Source: Christensenellales bacterium
GTDB lineage: Bacteria > Bacillota > Clostridia > Christensenellales > UBA1750
DNA length: 64,000 bases
Assembly: GCA_050942895.1 (NCBI GenBank)
Contig: JBMNOE010000012.1
Location: 1,064-65,063, forward strand
Reading direction: 5' to 3'
The translations under genes were made by a program, and so were the position numbers. The notes under the pieces were generated by a model. That model did no database searches. It was not told where the DNA came from and worked only from the letters and a program-made list of their open reading frames with translations. This document shows, one piece after another, positions 54,588-64,000 of this stretch (position 1 is its first letter; each line of letters opens with the position of its first letter).

Positions 54588-55244
54588 ATTGAGGCAAAAA
54601 ACTTGACAAAGCGCTATGATATGGGCAGCCACCCGGTGTTCGCGCTAAAAAACGCCGACATAGAGGTGGAAAAAGGCGAATTCATCGCCGTGACAGGGCC
54701 TTCCGGAAGCGGCAAGTCCACCTTTTTGAACATAATCGGCTGCCTGGACAGGCCCACAGCCGGCCGCTATTTCCTAAACGGCATAGACACCGGCATCCTC
54801 TCCCCGGACAGCCTTTCCCGGCTGAGAAACAGCAATATCGGCTTTATTTTTCAGGGCTTTAATCTGCTGGCCCGGCTGACCGCCCTTGAAAATGTCCAGC
54901 TTCCACTGGTCTACAGGGGCGTTCCCAAAAGGCAGCGCCACGAGATGGCAATGGATGCCCTGAGCAGCGTGGGGCTTGCCGACCGCTGCGACCACCTGCC
55001 CAGCCAGCTTTCCGGGGGGCAGCAGCAGCGTGTGGCCATCGCCAGAGCAATATCGGGAAATCCTCCCCTGCTGCTGGCTGACGAGCCAACCGGCAACCTG
55101 GACAGCAAGTCCGGCGAGACGGTGCTCTCCCTTATTCGCGAGATCCATGATAAGGGCGCCACCATTTTGCTGATAACCCACGACCCCGCCATCGCCCTAA
55201 TAGCAAAGCGGCAGGTGGTAATCCGCGATGGTGTGCTGCAATAG
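54585..55244 (+). CDS. ABC transporter ATP-binding protein (MacB/LolD/FtsE-like), no adjacent permease
   Basis: Walker A GPSGSGKST, signature LSGGQQQRVAIARA, Walker B LLLADEPT, H-loop ITHD. Confidence 0.9.
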   Translation: MIEAKNLTKRYDMGSHPVFALKNADIEVEKGEFIAVTGPSGSGKSTFLNIIGCLDRPTAGRYFLNGIDTGILSPDSLSRLRNSNIGFIFQGFNLLARLTALENVQLPLVYRGVPKRQRHEMAMDALSSVGLADRCDHLPSQLSGGQQQRVAIARAISGNPPLLLADEPTGNLDSKSGETVLSLIREIHDKGATILLITHDPAIALIAKRQVVIRDGVLQ

Positions 55245-55273
55245 GCCGTTCCCTTTCCCTTTTTCATCCTTTT

Positions 55274-57115
55274 TTACCCTTTATCTTCTTCCGTGGCTTC
55301 AAACTCATGGGCTAAAATTTGCAGGGGCAGCGAAAATCTGGCCTTGTCCTTTCTGAACTGGGATACATATTCCGGATTTTTGCTAAGCCTGTCCTCATCA
55401 AGATAACCATGGGCTTCGAAAGAGGGGCCTTTTATCTGTATAACGCAAACGGCGATGTTTGAACAGTGATCGGAAACCCTTTCAAAATCCGACAGTAAAT
55501 CTGAAAATATAAAGCCCTGCTCTATGGTGCAAAGGCCATGTTGAAGCCTTGTAATATGGCGCGACTTAAGCTCTCTGCCCAGCTCGTCGATGACCTGTTC
55601 CAGCGGCTCCACCTTTGCCGCCAAGTATCCATCATCATGCACAAAGGCCTCATTGGTGAAATGCAGTATTTCCTCCAAGGCGGAGCATATAACCGCCAGC
55701 TCGCTTTGCGCCGCCCTTGAAAAACTGATACCCTTGGCCTGCATCTCCCTTGCGGATGCCAGTATGTTAACCGCATGATCGCCTATGCGCTCAAAGTCGC
55801 TGATTGTAAGCAGCATCTTTGATGTCTCGCGGCTGTCCTCGGCGGTCAACTCGCTGCTCAGCTTCACCAAGAAATTGCTCAGGCTGTCCTCATATCTATC
55901 CAGCCTGTCCTCGCTTTTCAAAATCAGCTCAGCCTTTTTTTCATCGTAGGCACTTATCATCTCAATGGATAAAAGCAGGGTTTCCTTTGCCAGAGCCGCC
56001 ATTTTGTTGGCCGCCTTCCTGCACTCGGCGATTGAAAACGCAGACGACATCAAAAGGCTTTCATCTATTTGAGCTTCCTCCTCAGGCTCTGTTTGGGCCC
56101 CGCCTTCAGCCTTCTTCACGCGCAATTGCAAAAATCTTTCCAGAGGAACTTTCAGCAAAGTGAGCGAAGATAAAGTAACGGCGGCTACCCCGCTATAGAT
56201 AAGGGCCACCCCTGCAGGCCCTGCGCTCTCCCCTGCGGGCGGAAAGCCCAAAATAGCCCCCAGGCCGTAATAAAGGACAAGGCATAAGGCTGCGCCGGTC
56301 ATATTCGCCCAAAACTGAACCGCCGCAACCCCTGCCATGTTTTTTGCCTTGCGGCATGATCTCCTGCTTATTATCAGCGAGACAATGCCCACCCCCGCGC
56401 TCTGGCCGATAACAACCGGCACAATCGCGGAAAGGCTGATTGCACCCGTCATCGAAAGAGCCTGCAGCAGGGCAAGAGAAGCCGGAAGGCTCTGCAAAAG
56501 TCCTGCTGCCAGCGCACCCGCCAATATGCCCGCAAATGGGTTTTCCAAAAACCTTATAAGCCCCTCCAGAGCCGCCGACCCCGCAAGGAGGCCGAGGGCG
56601 GATATCATCGTTTGCATTCCCTGAAACATGATGGCAAAGCCCAGCAAAACTCGCCCTTTGTACATCCTCTTCCCGGCATTACCCATCACCAGCATGGCCA
56701 CGCCCGCCACTGCGATCAGAGGCGTTATAAACTCCGGCTTTACCAAGCGTACAAGCGCATTTTCGCCGGGAATGCCAAAAAGGCTCAACAGCCATGCCAA
56801 CGAGCCGGCCGCCAAATTCATGCCCATCACAACGCCGGCCGCCCGGCCAAAATCGATTATATCACAGCAAACCATACCCGCCAGCATCGCCGTTGCCGAT
56901 GTCGACGGCCGCAGCGCCATGGTCAACCCCAGCAGCGGCGCTGTATCCTTCAGCGGGTGGGGCGATCTGCTGCGAAGGTTTCGCTCCAGCCTGCTTCCCG
57001 ACATCTTCTCCAGCGAGGATCTCACCACGTTCATACCGAAAAGGAAAAAAGCCATGCCGCCGGCCAGCGAAAGCAAAGAAAATATATCCACGATAATGCC
57101 TCCAAATGATTTCAC
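55274..57115 (-). CDS. Na/Pi cotransporter family protein with C-terminal PhoU-like domains
   Basis: ..DIFSLLSLAGGMAFFLFGMNVVRSSLEKMSG.. plus a polytopic N-terminal half. The C-terminus has PhoU-like repeats (..ISDFERIGDHAVNI.., ..LSDFERVSDHCSNIA..). The start may instead be GTG 57091. Confidence 0.85.
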   Translation of the reverse strand: MKSFGGIIVDIFSLLSLAGGMAFFLFGMNVVRSSLEKMSGSRLERNLRSRSPHPLKDTAPLLGLTMALRPSTSATAMLAGMVCCDIIDFGRAAGVVMGMNLAAGSLAWLLSLFGIPGENALVRLVKPEFITPLIAVAGVAMLVMGNAGKRMYKGRVLLGFAIMFQGMQTMISALGLLAGSAALEGLIRFLENPFAGILAGALAAGLLQSLPASLALLQALSMTGAISLSAIVPVVIGQSAGVGIVSLIISRRSCRKAKNMAGVAAVQFWANMTGAALCLVLYYGLGAILGFPPAGESAGPAGVALIYSGVAAVTLSSLTLLKVPLERFLQLRVKKAEGGAQTEPEEEAQIDESLLMSSAFSIAECRKAANKMAALAKETLLLSIEMISAYDEKKAELILKSEDRLDRYEDSLSNFLVKLSSELTAEDSRETSKMLLTISDFERIGDHAVNILASAREMQAKGISFSRAAQSELAVICSALEEILHFTNEAFVHDDGYLAAKVEPLEQVIDELGRELKSRHITRLQHGLCTIEQGFIFSDLLSDFERVSDHCSNIAVCVIQIKGPSFEAHGYLDEDRLSKNPEYVSQFRKDKARFSLPLQILAHEFEATEEDKG

Positions 57116-57317
57116 TCATATCATAAGCCGTCCTTGTAAAGGTTGTGTAATGAAATGCGCCAATCTGCCATCATTATGTGCAAAAGTCCGTAACAAAAAG
57201 CGGCGGGGTGAAATATTATGTATTGATATAGCCGCCAAGGCAAGGCCCGGCTTTTGCTTCGCCTTGCGCCGCCGGACAGCAATTATTTGCAGCAATTATA
57301 ATCAAGGAGATGCAGCC

Positions 57318-58160
57318 ATGCCAGAAAAAAACGAAATATTAAAACGTACATATTGGGAGACGCTGGGCAGCGGACTAAAAAGCGAAACCACCAGTGAAAA
57401 ACGGCTAAAAACCCTCGGCGGCATGATGGGCACCCTGCCCGCCATGGATCGCTCGCAGGCAGTGTGCCCCGAGGGCTTTTTTCAGCATGTGATCCGCCAG
57501 GGGGAATCGCTGATCATAATCGCCCAGCGGTACAACATAAGCCTCACTGAATTGATGAGCTATAATCCCAACATCAACCCCTACTTTTACACCACCGGAC
57601 AGGTATTGTGCATTCCCGCCGCCGGCGCATCCACCTGCCCCAATGGCACCCTTTACGCCATCAGGGAAGGCGATACACTCTACTCCATCGCGGGCCTTTA
57701 CGGCACCACCGCCCAAGACCTGCAGGATGCCAACTCCTGGCTGGACCCGCTGAACATTATCCCTGGGCAGGTCATCTGCGTGCCGGGGGCCAGACCCAGC
57801 CAGACTTGCCCTGATGGCGAAGAACCATATGTGTTCAACGAGTCCGATAGCCTTGTGAGCGTTTTGCGCCAGAACAGCATCAGCTATGGAGCCCTTCAGG
57901 AGAGCAATCCCAATCTGAATTTGGCTGAACTTGCGCCGGGAACACTGCTGTGCATACCGCCTTCCGGCAGCCGAGGCGCATGCAACTGCACGCTGGAAGG
58001 CCTGGCATACCGCATGGGCAGCGATGAAAACCTCACCACGCTCGCCGATAGAATCGGCATCAGCGAAGAACTATTTGTGATCTCAAACCCGATGCTCACC
58101 CCGTCCGATTTTGTAAGCGGACAGATAGTCTGCATCCCCTTCGCCGTGGAAGATCAATAA
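57318..58160 (+). CDS. Protein with four LysM repeats and Cys-containing linkers, no signal peptide seen
   Basis: AAGGAGA RBS, ATG 57318. The repeats are ..HVIRQGESLIIIAQRYNISLTELMSYNP..VLCIP, ..YAIREGDTLYSIAGLYGTTAQDLQDAN..VICVP, ..YVFNESDSLVSVLRQNSISYGALQESNP..LLCIP and ..YRMGSDENLTTLADRIGISEELFVISNP..IVCIP. Confidence 0.8.
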   Translation: MPEKNEILKRTYWETLGSGLKSETTSEKRLKTLGGMMGTLPAMDRSQAVCPEGFFQHVIRQGESLIIIAQRYNISLTELMSYNPNINPYFYTTGQVLCIPAAGASTCPNGTLYAIREGDTLYSIAGLYGTTAQDLQDANSWLDPLNIIPGQVICVPGARPSQTCPDGEEPYVFNESDSLVSVLRQNSISYGALQESNPNLNLAELAPGTLLCIPPSGSRGACNCTLEGLAYRMGSDENLTTLADRIGISEELFVISNPMLTPSDFVSGQIVCIPFAVEDQ

Positions 58161-58371
58161 TTTTCAATTAATTTCTTCAGTCAATTCCTTCAATTTTTAA
58201 TAATATGTTTGCGCAAAAGGCCGAGGTTTAACTTCCCCGGCCTTTCACTTTTTTACTTTCTGTCGGATTGCATTAAAAACTTGCTCCCCCGCGCCGCATA
58301 TGTCATAATAAATTAGCTCCAGGGGATCGGAAGCATATCATAAGCTGCTTTCGAATCCAGCCGCGATAAAT

Positions 58372-58665
58372 ATGCATAGCAAGGTTTCTGAAAGCTTGCA
58401 GGGGTTGGCTGCTTCATTTATGTATTGCAGATTTTGGGGAAAGGGATATGCCACCGAGGCCATGCGCGAAGCGCTCCGCTTTGCCTTTTTTGGAAACGGT
58501 GTATACCGGATCGAAGCGGGATGTCTTAAGGAAAACATCGCTTCTGAGCGCGTTATGCAAAAGTGCGGATTGATTAAGGAGGGCGAGTACAAGGAGTATT
58601 AGTGGCATTAAGGCAGGCTGAAAGACTGCGTTCTATATAGATTGCTTCGCTCGGAATGGCTTGAG
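58372..58665 (+). pseudogene. GNAT (RimJ-type) acetyltransferase remnant: N-terminus missing, in-frame TAG and TAA
   Basis: ..FMYCRFWGKGYATEAMREALRFAFFGNGVYRIEAGCLKENIASERVMQKCGLIKEGEYKEY*WH*GRLKDCVLYRLLRSEW. The stops are at 58600-58602 and 58609-58611. Confidence 0.6.
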
Positions 58666-58705
58666 AGCCGCCATGACGATGCCGCGCAGAAGGAGGATCC
58701 TAACG

Positions 58706-59212
58706 ATGGCTGAGAAACGCATATATCTAATAGCGCAATTGGACAGGGCTTCTAACGAAAAGCTGGCCGGTATTTACAGCAAGCTTCTTAAAATCGGCCT
58801 TATTGGAGAACAAACAAAGAAGATACCGTATCATTTCACGCTGGGCAGCTTTTCCTTTGAGGATGAAGCGCAGGTATTGGAGCGTGCGCAATCCGTTTGC
58901 GGGAAGACAAAAGCCTTTGATATCAGCATAAGCCATATCGGCCTGTTTGCGCCAAAAGTCCTGTTTCTGGCGCCCTCGGTCAACACCGAGCTGCTCTGCC
59001 TGAAAAGCGATCTTATCCCGGGCGAGCGCCTTCGCGGCTGCCATAATTGGGTCGCCCACGCCACCATTCTCATCGACACCCCCGTCAACATACAAAAAGC
59101 CCTTTCCGTTGTTTCCCAGTCTTTTACGCCCTTTGCCGCCAAGGTGGAAAGCGTCGGCGTGCTTGAGCTTCCTCCTCTGAAATATATTGCCGAATATAGT
59201 TTATCCACTTAA
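58706..59212 (+). CDS. 2H phosphoesterase superfamily protein (LigT/ThpR-like 2'-5' RNA ligase family)
   Basis: AGGAGGA RBS, ATG 58706. Two H-x-T/S motifs are present: YHFTLG and AHATIL. Confidence 0.7.
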   Translation: MAEKRIYLIAQLDRASNEKLAGIYSKLLKIGLIGEQTKKIPYHFTLGSFSFEDEAQVLERAQSVCGKTKAFDISISHIGLFAPKVLFLAPSVNTELLCLKSDLIPGERLRGCHNWVAHATILIDTPVNIQKALSVVSQSFTPFAAKVESVGVLELPPLKYIAEYSLST

Positions 59213-59227
59213 CTTCTGTTGCTTTGC

Positions 59228-62200
59228 TTAAATAAAGCTCTTCCGCCAGAGCACATAGTCCAGCATCTGCTTCGTGAAGCCCGCCATTCCAAGGGCTTTT
59301 TCCGCTTTTTCAGAATATGTCTTGACGGTTATCCTGTCCGTATCGGGGAATATCCTTTTCTGCTGGAAAGCAAGTGCGAACTCCTTAAGCGCTTCTTCCA
59401 TTACCTTTGGGTCATAGCAAAGCTCCCTGAAAACCGAGCCCTGCCTTTCCATCACCGCCACGGGAGCGCCCTCTTTTATCGCCACCGATGTTGACGGCAG
59501 GCAGATGAAGCTCTTTCCCTCTGAATGGGGAATGATCCTCCCCCAGGGCTGGAAGGGATCCGCCGCCGACAGCCAGATAAGCTCCTCCCGGGGGCGCTCC
59601 AGAGCCAAAACAACGCCGTCATAATCCTGCGCGCGTATGAACTGCGCCCCCGAAAGGCCCTTTACAAAATAACCCCTGCGAACTCTGCCTGTATATTCCC
59701 ATCTGCGAAGTATTTCCAAGGCCGACGGCCAGCGAAGCTCGCCGCAGCTTTCCCTGCATAAAATGCCATATCGTTCAAACGCTCTTTCGATTTCATCCTC
59801 CTGGTTTTCAGGCAGGAGGGGGCGGCAAAGCTCCCAGCGCCCGGCCATGGCGGCCATGACCCGTGAGCGCGCCCGCGCTCTGGGCGTGTGAAGCTTCAGC
59901 TTTTCCTTCATAAGGAGCTGGCGCACGGGCTGAAAGCTGTCGGCATGGGCGATGCCTTTTTCCGCCAGGGAAAGCAATGCATCAAGGGGCGGTCTGCCCG
60001 AAATGGAATAGCTCAAAGACTGTGCAAAGCTGGCTCCCCTTTGCCCAAGAGCATCTGCGATGGCTTTTTCATCGCCGGAAAGCCCCTCCGCCCCCGGCGG
60101 GATCAACGCCCAGTCAATTTGCCCCTGGCTGTGAAAGCTTACTGTGGCCTTCTCGCCGGGGTTTATCCACCAGAATATTTCACCTCGGGACAATAGCTCA
60201 TCCAGCATGGCAGGACGGTAACCCGAAACCCTTGCCGGCAACACGAAGCTTTCCCACCAATCAAGGGGCAGGGGCATATCCAGCAAGGATTGCACCGCCT
60301 GGGAAAGCTGATCGGAAGCGCCGCCTGCAAACTGCGCCCTGCCGCAGATAAATGCCGCAAAGCGCTCCGGCGGCTGCGTCTTTGCCTGCTGTCTTCTAAA
60401 GAAAACCGTCTCCCTTTGCGCCTTCCCATATAGCTGCGCGTGGTAATAAAGCCCCTGCGGCTCATGGAAAACCGCCTCTGCGCTTTTGGCAAGGCCCAAA
60501 AGTACAGCTTCGCAGATATCCTCAGGCAGAAAATATCTTTCGGAAAGAGAGCCTTTGTCCTGAGGCCCCCGATATCGCAGGCAGCGCCTTATTATACGGA
60601 CAAGGGCGTCCTTTCCGCCCGAAAGCGCATCGCCATATTGCTCCTCCTGCTCTTTGCAGATCCAAAGGCCCGGCTCAATATAGACAAGCCTGCTTTGCTG
60701 TGCAAGATCCTCAAACCATTCATGGGGCGCGTCAATTTCCCCCGCAACCATGTCTCCCTCGGCCATCAGCAGCGAATGCAGCCTCGCCATGTCCTTCGGT
60801 GTGATCCTTCTCTCGCTTACCATTTCAAGCTGCTCTTTTCCGGGGGCGATCATCTCCATATTTTCAAGGTCCATATCAACCGCCCGGTGAACATTGGAAG
60901 TGGTGGGGTAAAAGTCATATATCATGAACATCTCCACCTGCCGCCTGAGGGTCAATGACATGGGCGAGGGCTCCGGCAGGCTCATCTCCCGCACCCGTAT
61001 TTTGCCGGAGCGGATATCCCAAAGCACTTCCTCTATTGCGGGGATATCCCAATAATCCTCCAGACACTCACGCCTGGTTTCCTCCATCAGCGGATGATCC
61101 CTTTGCATCACGGCGTTGTCAAGGGCCTGAGCTCCCCGAAGTCTTTGCACCCAAAGGGGCTGCCGACCGCCTTTTCGGGCGCCCATCATAAGCGCCCTTG
61201 CGGCATTATAGCGAAATGCCATGTTAAACAGCGGCGAAGAAGGCAGGAGAGCCTCAAGGAGTACCCTTGCGCTCTGAGGGCTTAAGCCCTTCAAAAGACC
61301 GAAGGGAAGCCGTCCTTCGCTGCCGTATGGGTATAGCAATATGCCGTCGTCATCCTCGAAGCAGTATACATCCATGCCCGTGGCTCTTTTTGCCGCCTCC
61401 TGCAGGAGCATCGACAGCCCGGCGTTCACCCTCCTGCCGAATATGGAGTGGATCATCATCTGGCTGCTTCCGGTGTGGTCTGTGAAATGCTCTATAAGTA
61501 TTGTTTTATCATCGTACATGCAGCCTGCCGCCGATATCTGCCTTTCGACGAAGCGTCGGGCGTTTTCCGCTGCGTAATCGTCCATCCGCATGGCCTTAAG
61601 GCCGCCCTTCAAATCCCCCGCTTCAGATGCCTGCATCAACCCCCGCATATATTTACCGAAGGTAAGGCCGGTCTGATAGCTGCGGCCCATTGAATCACCC
61701 CTCCAAAAGGGTGGACGCGCCCCTGCGGGGTCGGTCTGGACAACGGTTACGCTATCCCGGTTTATCTGTGTTATCCTCCATGCAAAAGCGCCAAGAAGGA
61801 ACTTGTCCCCCACGCGGGATTCGTACACGAACTCCTCGTCCAGCTCCCCCAGCCTTGTGCCGTCCAGAAGGCGCACAGCGTACCAGCCGCGATCCGGTAT
61901 GGTTCCCCCGGCAGAAACTGCCAGCATACGGCTGTAATTGTCGCCTGCAACGCTTCCGCTTATTCTGTCGTACAGAACCCGCGGCCTGACGGGGTGATCA
62001 AGCTCGTGCTCGTAGTCCCCCGCCAACATCCTAAGGACTGCCTCCACCTCTTTTTTTGTAATATCCATAAAATTATAGGCGTGGTGGGCCGTTCGTAATA
62101 TCCCGTCCACCGTAAGAGGCTCAACCGCCGCCATCGACACTATGTGCTGGGCAAGAACATCCAAGCACTTCATCGGCGGGCGGGAACGCTCCATGCCTCC

Positions 62201-63370
62201 TTCAAGGGCCGCCGCTGCTGTCATCCCGCAGAAAAGGCCCTCGCCTGCCGTCCTTGGAAACATGGCCATAAAGCTGGTCTTTCCCGGGCTGTGGCCCGCC
62301 CTTCCCAGCCTTTGCATGGCCGAGGAAACCGCAGACGGGAACCCCACCTGCACCACCAGGTCGATTTCGCCCACGTCGATGCCCAGCTCCATGGAGGAGG
62401 TGGCGCACATCACCCGCAGTTGGCCGCTTTTTAGCTGCTGTTCGGCCTCCAGCCGCTGCTCTTTCGACACGCAGCCATGGTGGGTTCTGGCGAAGTTCTC
62501 CCCCGCCAGCGAATTTATCAGATGGGCCAGCCTTTCCGCCTGCTGCCTTCCCTCAGCAAATACCAGAACCGTCCTTGCGCTCAGGCATTTTTCCACAATG
62601 CAGCGGGCGATCTCCGGCCAGATTGTGCCCTCGGGCAATGTCCGCATGTCCTCCAGAGGGCTTTCAACGCTGATGCGGGCGTTCTTTTTTATATTCGGAG
62701 CGATTATCTGCGCCCGCTTACCAGGTGAAAAATATTCCGCCGCCGTTTCAAGGGGGTCTATCGTGGCCGAAAGGCCGATTCGCTGGGGCTTTCTCCCGCT
62801 GCTCTTTTGACATATCTCATCCAAACGAGCCAGCGAGAGCATCAGATGGGCGCCCCTCTTTGAGTTTATCACCGCGTGCAGCTCGTCCAATATCACTGCC
62901 TGAGCGCGGGAAAGCATCTGCCTGCCCCTTTGGCTCGTAAGCAAAAGATAGAGGGATTCAGGCGTTGTTATCAATATATGGGGCGGATTTTTCAGCATCT
63001 TCTGGCGCTCATAGGCGGTGGTGTCGCCGCTGCGCACGCCCACTCTTATCTCCTCGCCATCGCAGGCAATGCCCTCCAAGGGCCTGCGCAGGTTTTCGCG
63101 GATGTCGTTTCCCAGGGCCTTAAGGGGGGATATATATATCAGGTAGGTCCTGCTTTCAAGGCTGCCTTCCTCCGCCAGCTTTTTCAGCCTGTCGATGAAT
63201 ATTAAAAAAGCAGCGAGGGTTTTTCCCGTGCCCGTCGGCGCACTTATAAGCACATCCTCCCCCGAATGGATGGCCGGCCAACCCTCCTCCTGAACGGAAG
63301 TGGGCCTTCCAACCTTCTCCTCAAACCATTTTGCCGTATTTCTTTGAAACAGCCCAAGCGCAGCGTTCAT
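59228..63370 (-). CDS. lhr: Lhr-family large ATP-dependent DEAD/DEAH-box helicase
   Basis: 1380 aa. Motifs include ..VLISAPTGTGKTLAAFL.., ..ILDELH.., ..SATI.. and ..CTSSLELGIDVG.-type MCATSSMELGIDVGEIDLVVQVG, HGRAGH-like LGRAGH. A long Lhr-type C-terminal extension follows. Confidence 0.9.
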   Translation of the reverse strand: MNAALGLFQRNTAKWFEEKVGRPTSVQEEGWPAIHSGEDVLISAPTGTGKTLAAFLIFIDRLKKLAEEGSLESRTYLIYISPLKALGNDIRENLRRPLEGIACDGEEIRVGVRSGDTTAYERQKMLKNPPHILITTPESLYLLLTSQRGRQMLSRAQAVILDELHAVINSKRGAHLMLSLARLDEICQKSSGRKPQRIGLSATIDPLETAAEYFSPGKRAQIIAPNIKKNARISVESPLEDMRTLPEGTIWPEIARCIVEKCLSARTVLVFAEGRQQAERLAHLINSLAGENFARTHHGCVSKEQRLEAEQQLKSGQLRVMCATSSMELGIDVGEIDLVVQVGFPSAVSSAMQRLGRAGHSPGKTSFMAMFPRTAGEGLFCGMTAAAALEGGMERSRPPMKCLDVLAQHIVSMAAVEPLTVDGILRTAHHAYNFMDITKKEVEAVLRMLAGDYEHELDHPVRPRVLYDRISGSVAGDNYSRMLAVSAGGTIPDRGWYAVRLLDGTRLGELDEEFVYESRVGDKFLLGAFAWRITQINRDSVTVVQTDPAGARPPFWRGDSMGRSYQTGLTFGKYMRGLMQASEAGDLKGGLKAMRMDDYAAENARRFVERQISAAGCMYDDKTILIEHFTDHTGSSQMMIHSIFGRRVNAGLSMLLQEAAKRATGMDVYCFEDDDGILLYPYGSEGRLPFGLLKGLSPQSARVLLEALLPSSPLFNMAFRYNAARALMMGARKGGRQPLWVQRLRGAQALDNAVMQRDHPLMEETRRECLEDYWDIPAIEEVLWDIRSGKIRVREMSLPEPSPMSLTLRRQVEMFMIYDFYPTTSNVHRAVDMDLENMEMIAPGKEQLEMVSERRITPKDMARLHSLLMAEGDMVAGEIDAPHEWFEDLAQQSRLVYIEPGLWICKEQEEQYGDALSGGKDALVRIIRRCLRYRGPQDKGSLSERYFLPEDICEAVLLGLAKSAEAVFHEPQGLYYHAQLYGKAQRETVFFRRQQAKTQPPERFAAFICGRAQFAGGASDQLSQAVQSLLDMPLPLDWWESFVLPARVSGYRPAMLDELLSRGEIFWWINPGEKATVSFHSQGQIDWALIPPGAEGLSGDEKAIADALGQRGASFAQSLSYSISGRPPLDALLSLAEKGIAHADSFQPVRQLLMKEKLKLHTPRARARSRVMAAMAGRWELCRPLLPENQEDEIERAFERYGILCRESCGELRWPSALEILRRWEYTGRVRRGYFVKGLSGAQFIRAQDYDGVVLALERPREELIWLSAADPFQPWGRIIPHSEGKSFICLPSTSVAIKEGAPVAVMERQGSVFRELCYDPKVMEEALKEFALAFQQKRIFPDTDRITVKTYSEKAEKALGMAGFTKQMLDYVLWRKSFI

Positions 63371-63519
63371 TTTCAGCTCTCCAATAAATAATAGATGGTT
63401 TTATTATATCCGAATGCCTGTTCGTTTTCAATCATCTGAAAAAAATGATGTGCTAATGTTGCTTGCCGGCCTTAAAAATGTTAACATAGCTTATATAAAA
63501 CAAACATGGAGGTAAAGGA

Positions 63520-64000
63520 ATGAGATTCGGCTGTTGCTTGCCGGGAGCCTCGTTTGTGCCACAGATAAGCGGCGCTAATGCTCAAAGAAGCGGCGATGAA
63601 ATTAGCAGGGTGGAGGAGCTTAAGCGCGGCGTTGATAGCCTTAGGAATGCCGGCTGCGACTTCATCGAGATGAGCGTTCTGTCGGTTGTGGATCTTACCA
63701 ACGATGAGTTTTCCCGGTTTCGCGCCTATCTGAAGGAAAACGAGATTGAAATAGAGGTCTTTTGCAGCTTTGTGCCCCCCAGCATAAGGCTGATCGGCGA
63801 TGATATCGACCGTTCGCTCATCATGCGCTACATCCAAAAGGCTCTTTCCCGCTGCGCTGCCTGCGGTGCTAAGGTGATAGTTTTCGGCAGCGGCGGCGCC
63901 CGAACCCGCCCTGAGGGCTTCCCAAAGGAGCAGGCCGACCGCCAGTTGCTGGAATTCCTGCGCATGTGCAATGATTGCTCCGGCGCGATGGGTCTGCTGG
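63520..64000 (+). CDS. Sugar phosphate isomerase/epimerase (xylose isomerase-like TIM barrel), 5' partial, runs off the window
   Basis: GGAGGTAAAGG RBS, ATG 63520. MRFGCCLPGASF..AGCDFIEMSV..IEVFCSF..CGAKVIVFGSGGAR... The frame stays open to the window end. Confidence 0.7.
   Translation, partial: MRFGCCLPGASFVPQISGANAQRSGDEISRVEELKRGVDSLRNAGCDFIEMSVLSVVDLTNDEFSRFRAYLKENEIEIEVFCSFVPPSIRLIGDDIDRSLIMRYIQKALSRCAACGAKVIVFGSGGARTRPEGFPKEQADRQLLEFLRMCNDCSGAMGLL

Noticed and set aside
56628-57317. N-terminal 230-aa extension of the LysM ORF (510-aa ORF 56628..58160)
   Set aside because: The extension is antisense to the Na/Pi-PhoU transporter gene. A good RBS (AAGGAGA) and ATG at 57318 precede the first LysM repeat.
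1-64000. Alternative genetic code (TGA = Trp as in code 4, TAA = Glu, or TAG = pyrrolysine) as the explanation for the in-frame stops
   Set aside because: The same codons terminate many long, intact, well-delimited genes here, for example TGA at 16415, 20220 and 22667. One in-frame TGA (6675) sits at a probable Arg position, not Trp. The interrupted genes also carry frameshifts and deletions. No pyl genes are seen. Ordinary pseudogenisation fits better.

Overview
Nothing here was computed or searched: all calls come from reading the translated ORFs and the DNA by eye, and no tRNA, rRNA or CRISPR array was recognised.

The window has two parts.

(A) 1 to ~32.1 kb is a heavily decayed Firmicutes-type integrative conjugative element (ICE).
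- Its + strand backbone survives only as frameshifted, nonsense-interrupted or internally deleted pseudogenes. These are VirD4/TraG, a pilin-like gene, VirB6-like, VirB4, sortase B, a CHAP hydrolase, a sigma-like factor, MazF, a TnpW-like gene and a large serine recombinase.
- All cargo inserted between backbone genes lies on the - strand and is mostly intact.
- The cargo includes an 880-aa multi-domain MerR regulator with a 19-bp-spacer MerR-type promoter, and AraC-VOC, AraC-GyrI-like and MerR-VOC one-component regulators.
- It also includes a ~12-kb, 14-gene - strand array with eight ATGA start/stop overlaps. The array encodes small-molecule or nucleotide-modifying enzymes, many as unusual fusions: ANT-APH, APH-NUDIX, GNAT-ParB-like-M29-like, P-loop kinase-GrpB, S66 remnant-APH and TIGR04076-like-GNAT. 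It also has a NUDIX, a PPase-like protein, a SAM methyltransferase and VOC proteins. This array is the best candidate for an undescribed system.
- Next to the array is a dead SMC/ABC-type ATPase module that resembles a conflict system.
- A 350-nt hairpin-dense non-coding stretch sits upstream of an antitoxin-less, frameshifted MazF.
- 32.1-33.3 kb is a scar zone holding a second, convergent serine-recombinase fragment, an NlpC/P60-like remnant and a YegP pseudogene.

(B) ~34-64 kb looks like ordinary Clostridia-like chromosome.
- A fucose/rhamnose/galactoside locus carries RhaM, a URO-D-family protein, a GH29 fucosidase, a GH42 beta-galactosidase and FucO.
- Other genes include several GNATs, an M23 peptidase, NUDIX, ThuA, NfeD-FloA, an orphan LytTR response regulator, an orphan ABC ATPase, a Na/Pi-PhoU transporter, a LysM protein, a 2H phosphoesterase, Lhr helicase and a partial sugar-phosphate isomerase.
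- Notable non-genic signals are a 77/78-bp tandem promoter repeat upstream of the GH42 gene and a 76-79-bp duplication of a gene end plus its terminator.
- There is also a strong orphan promoter-terminator unit (sRNA or leader candidate) and a Cys/Pro-rich repeat protein.
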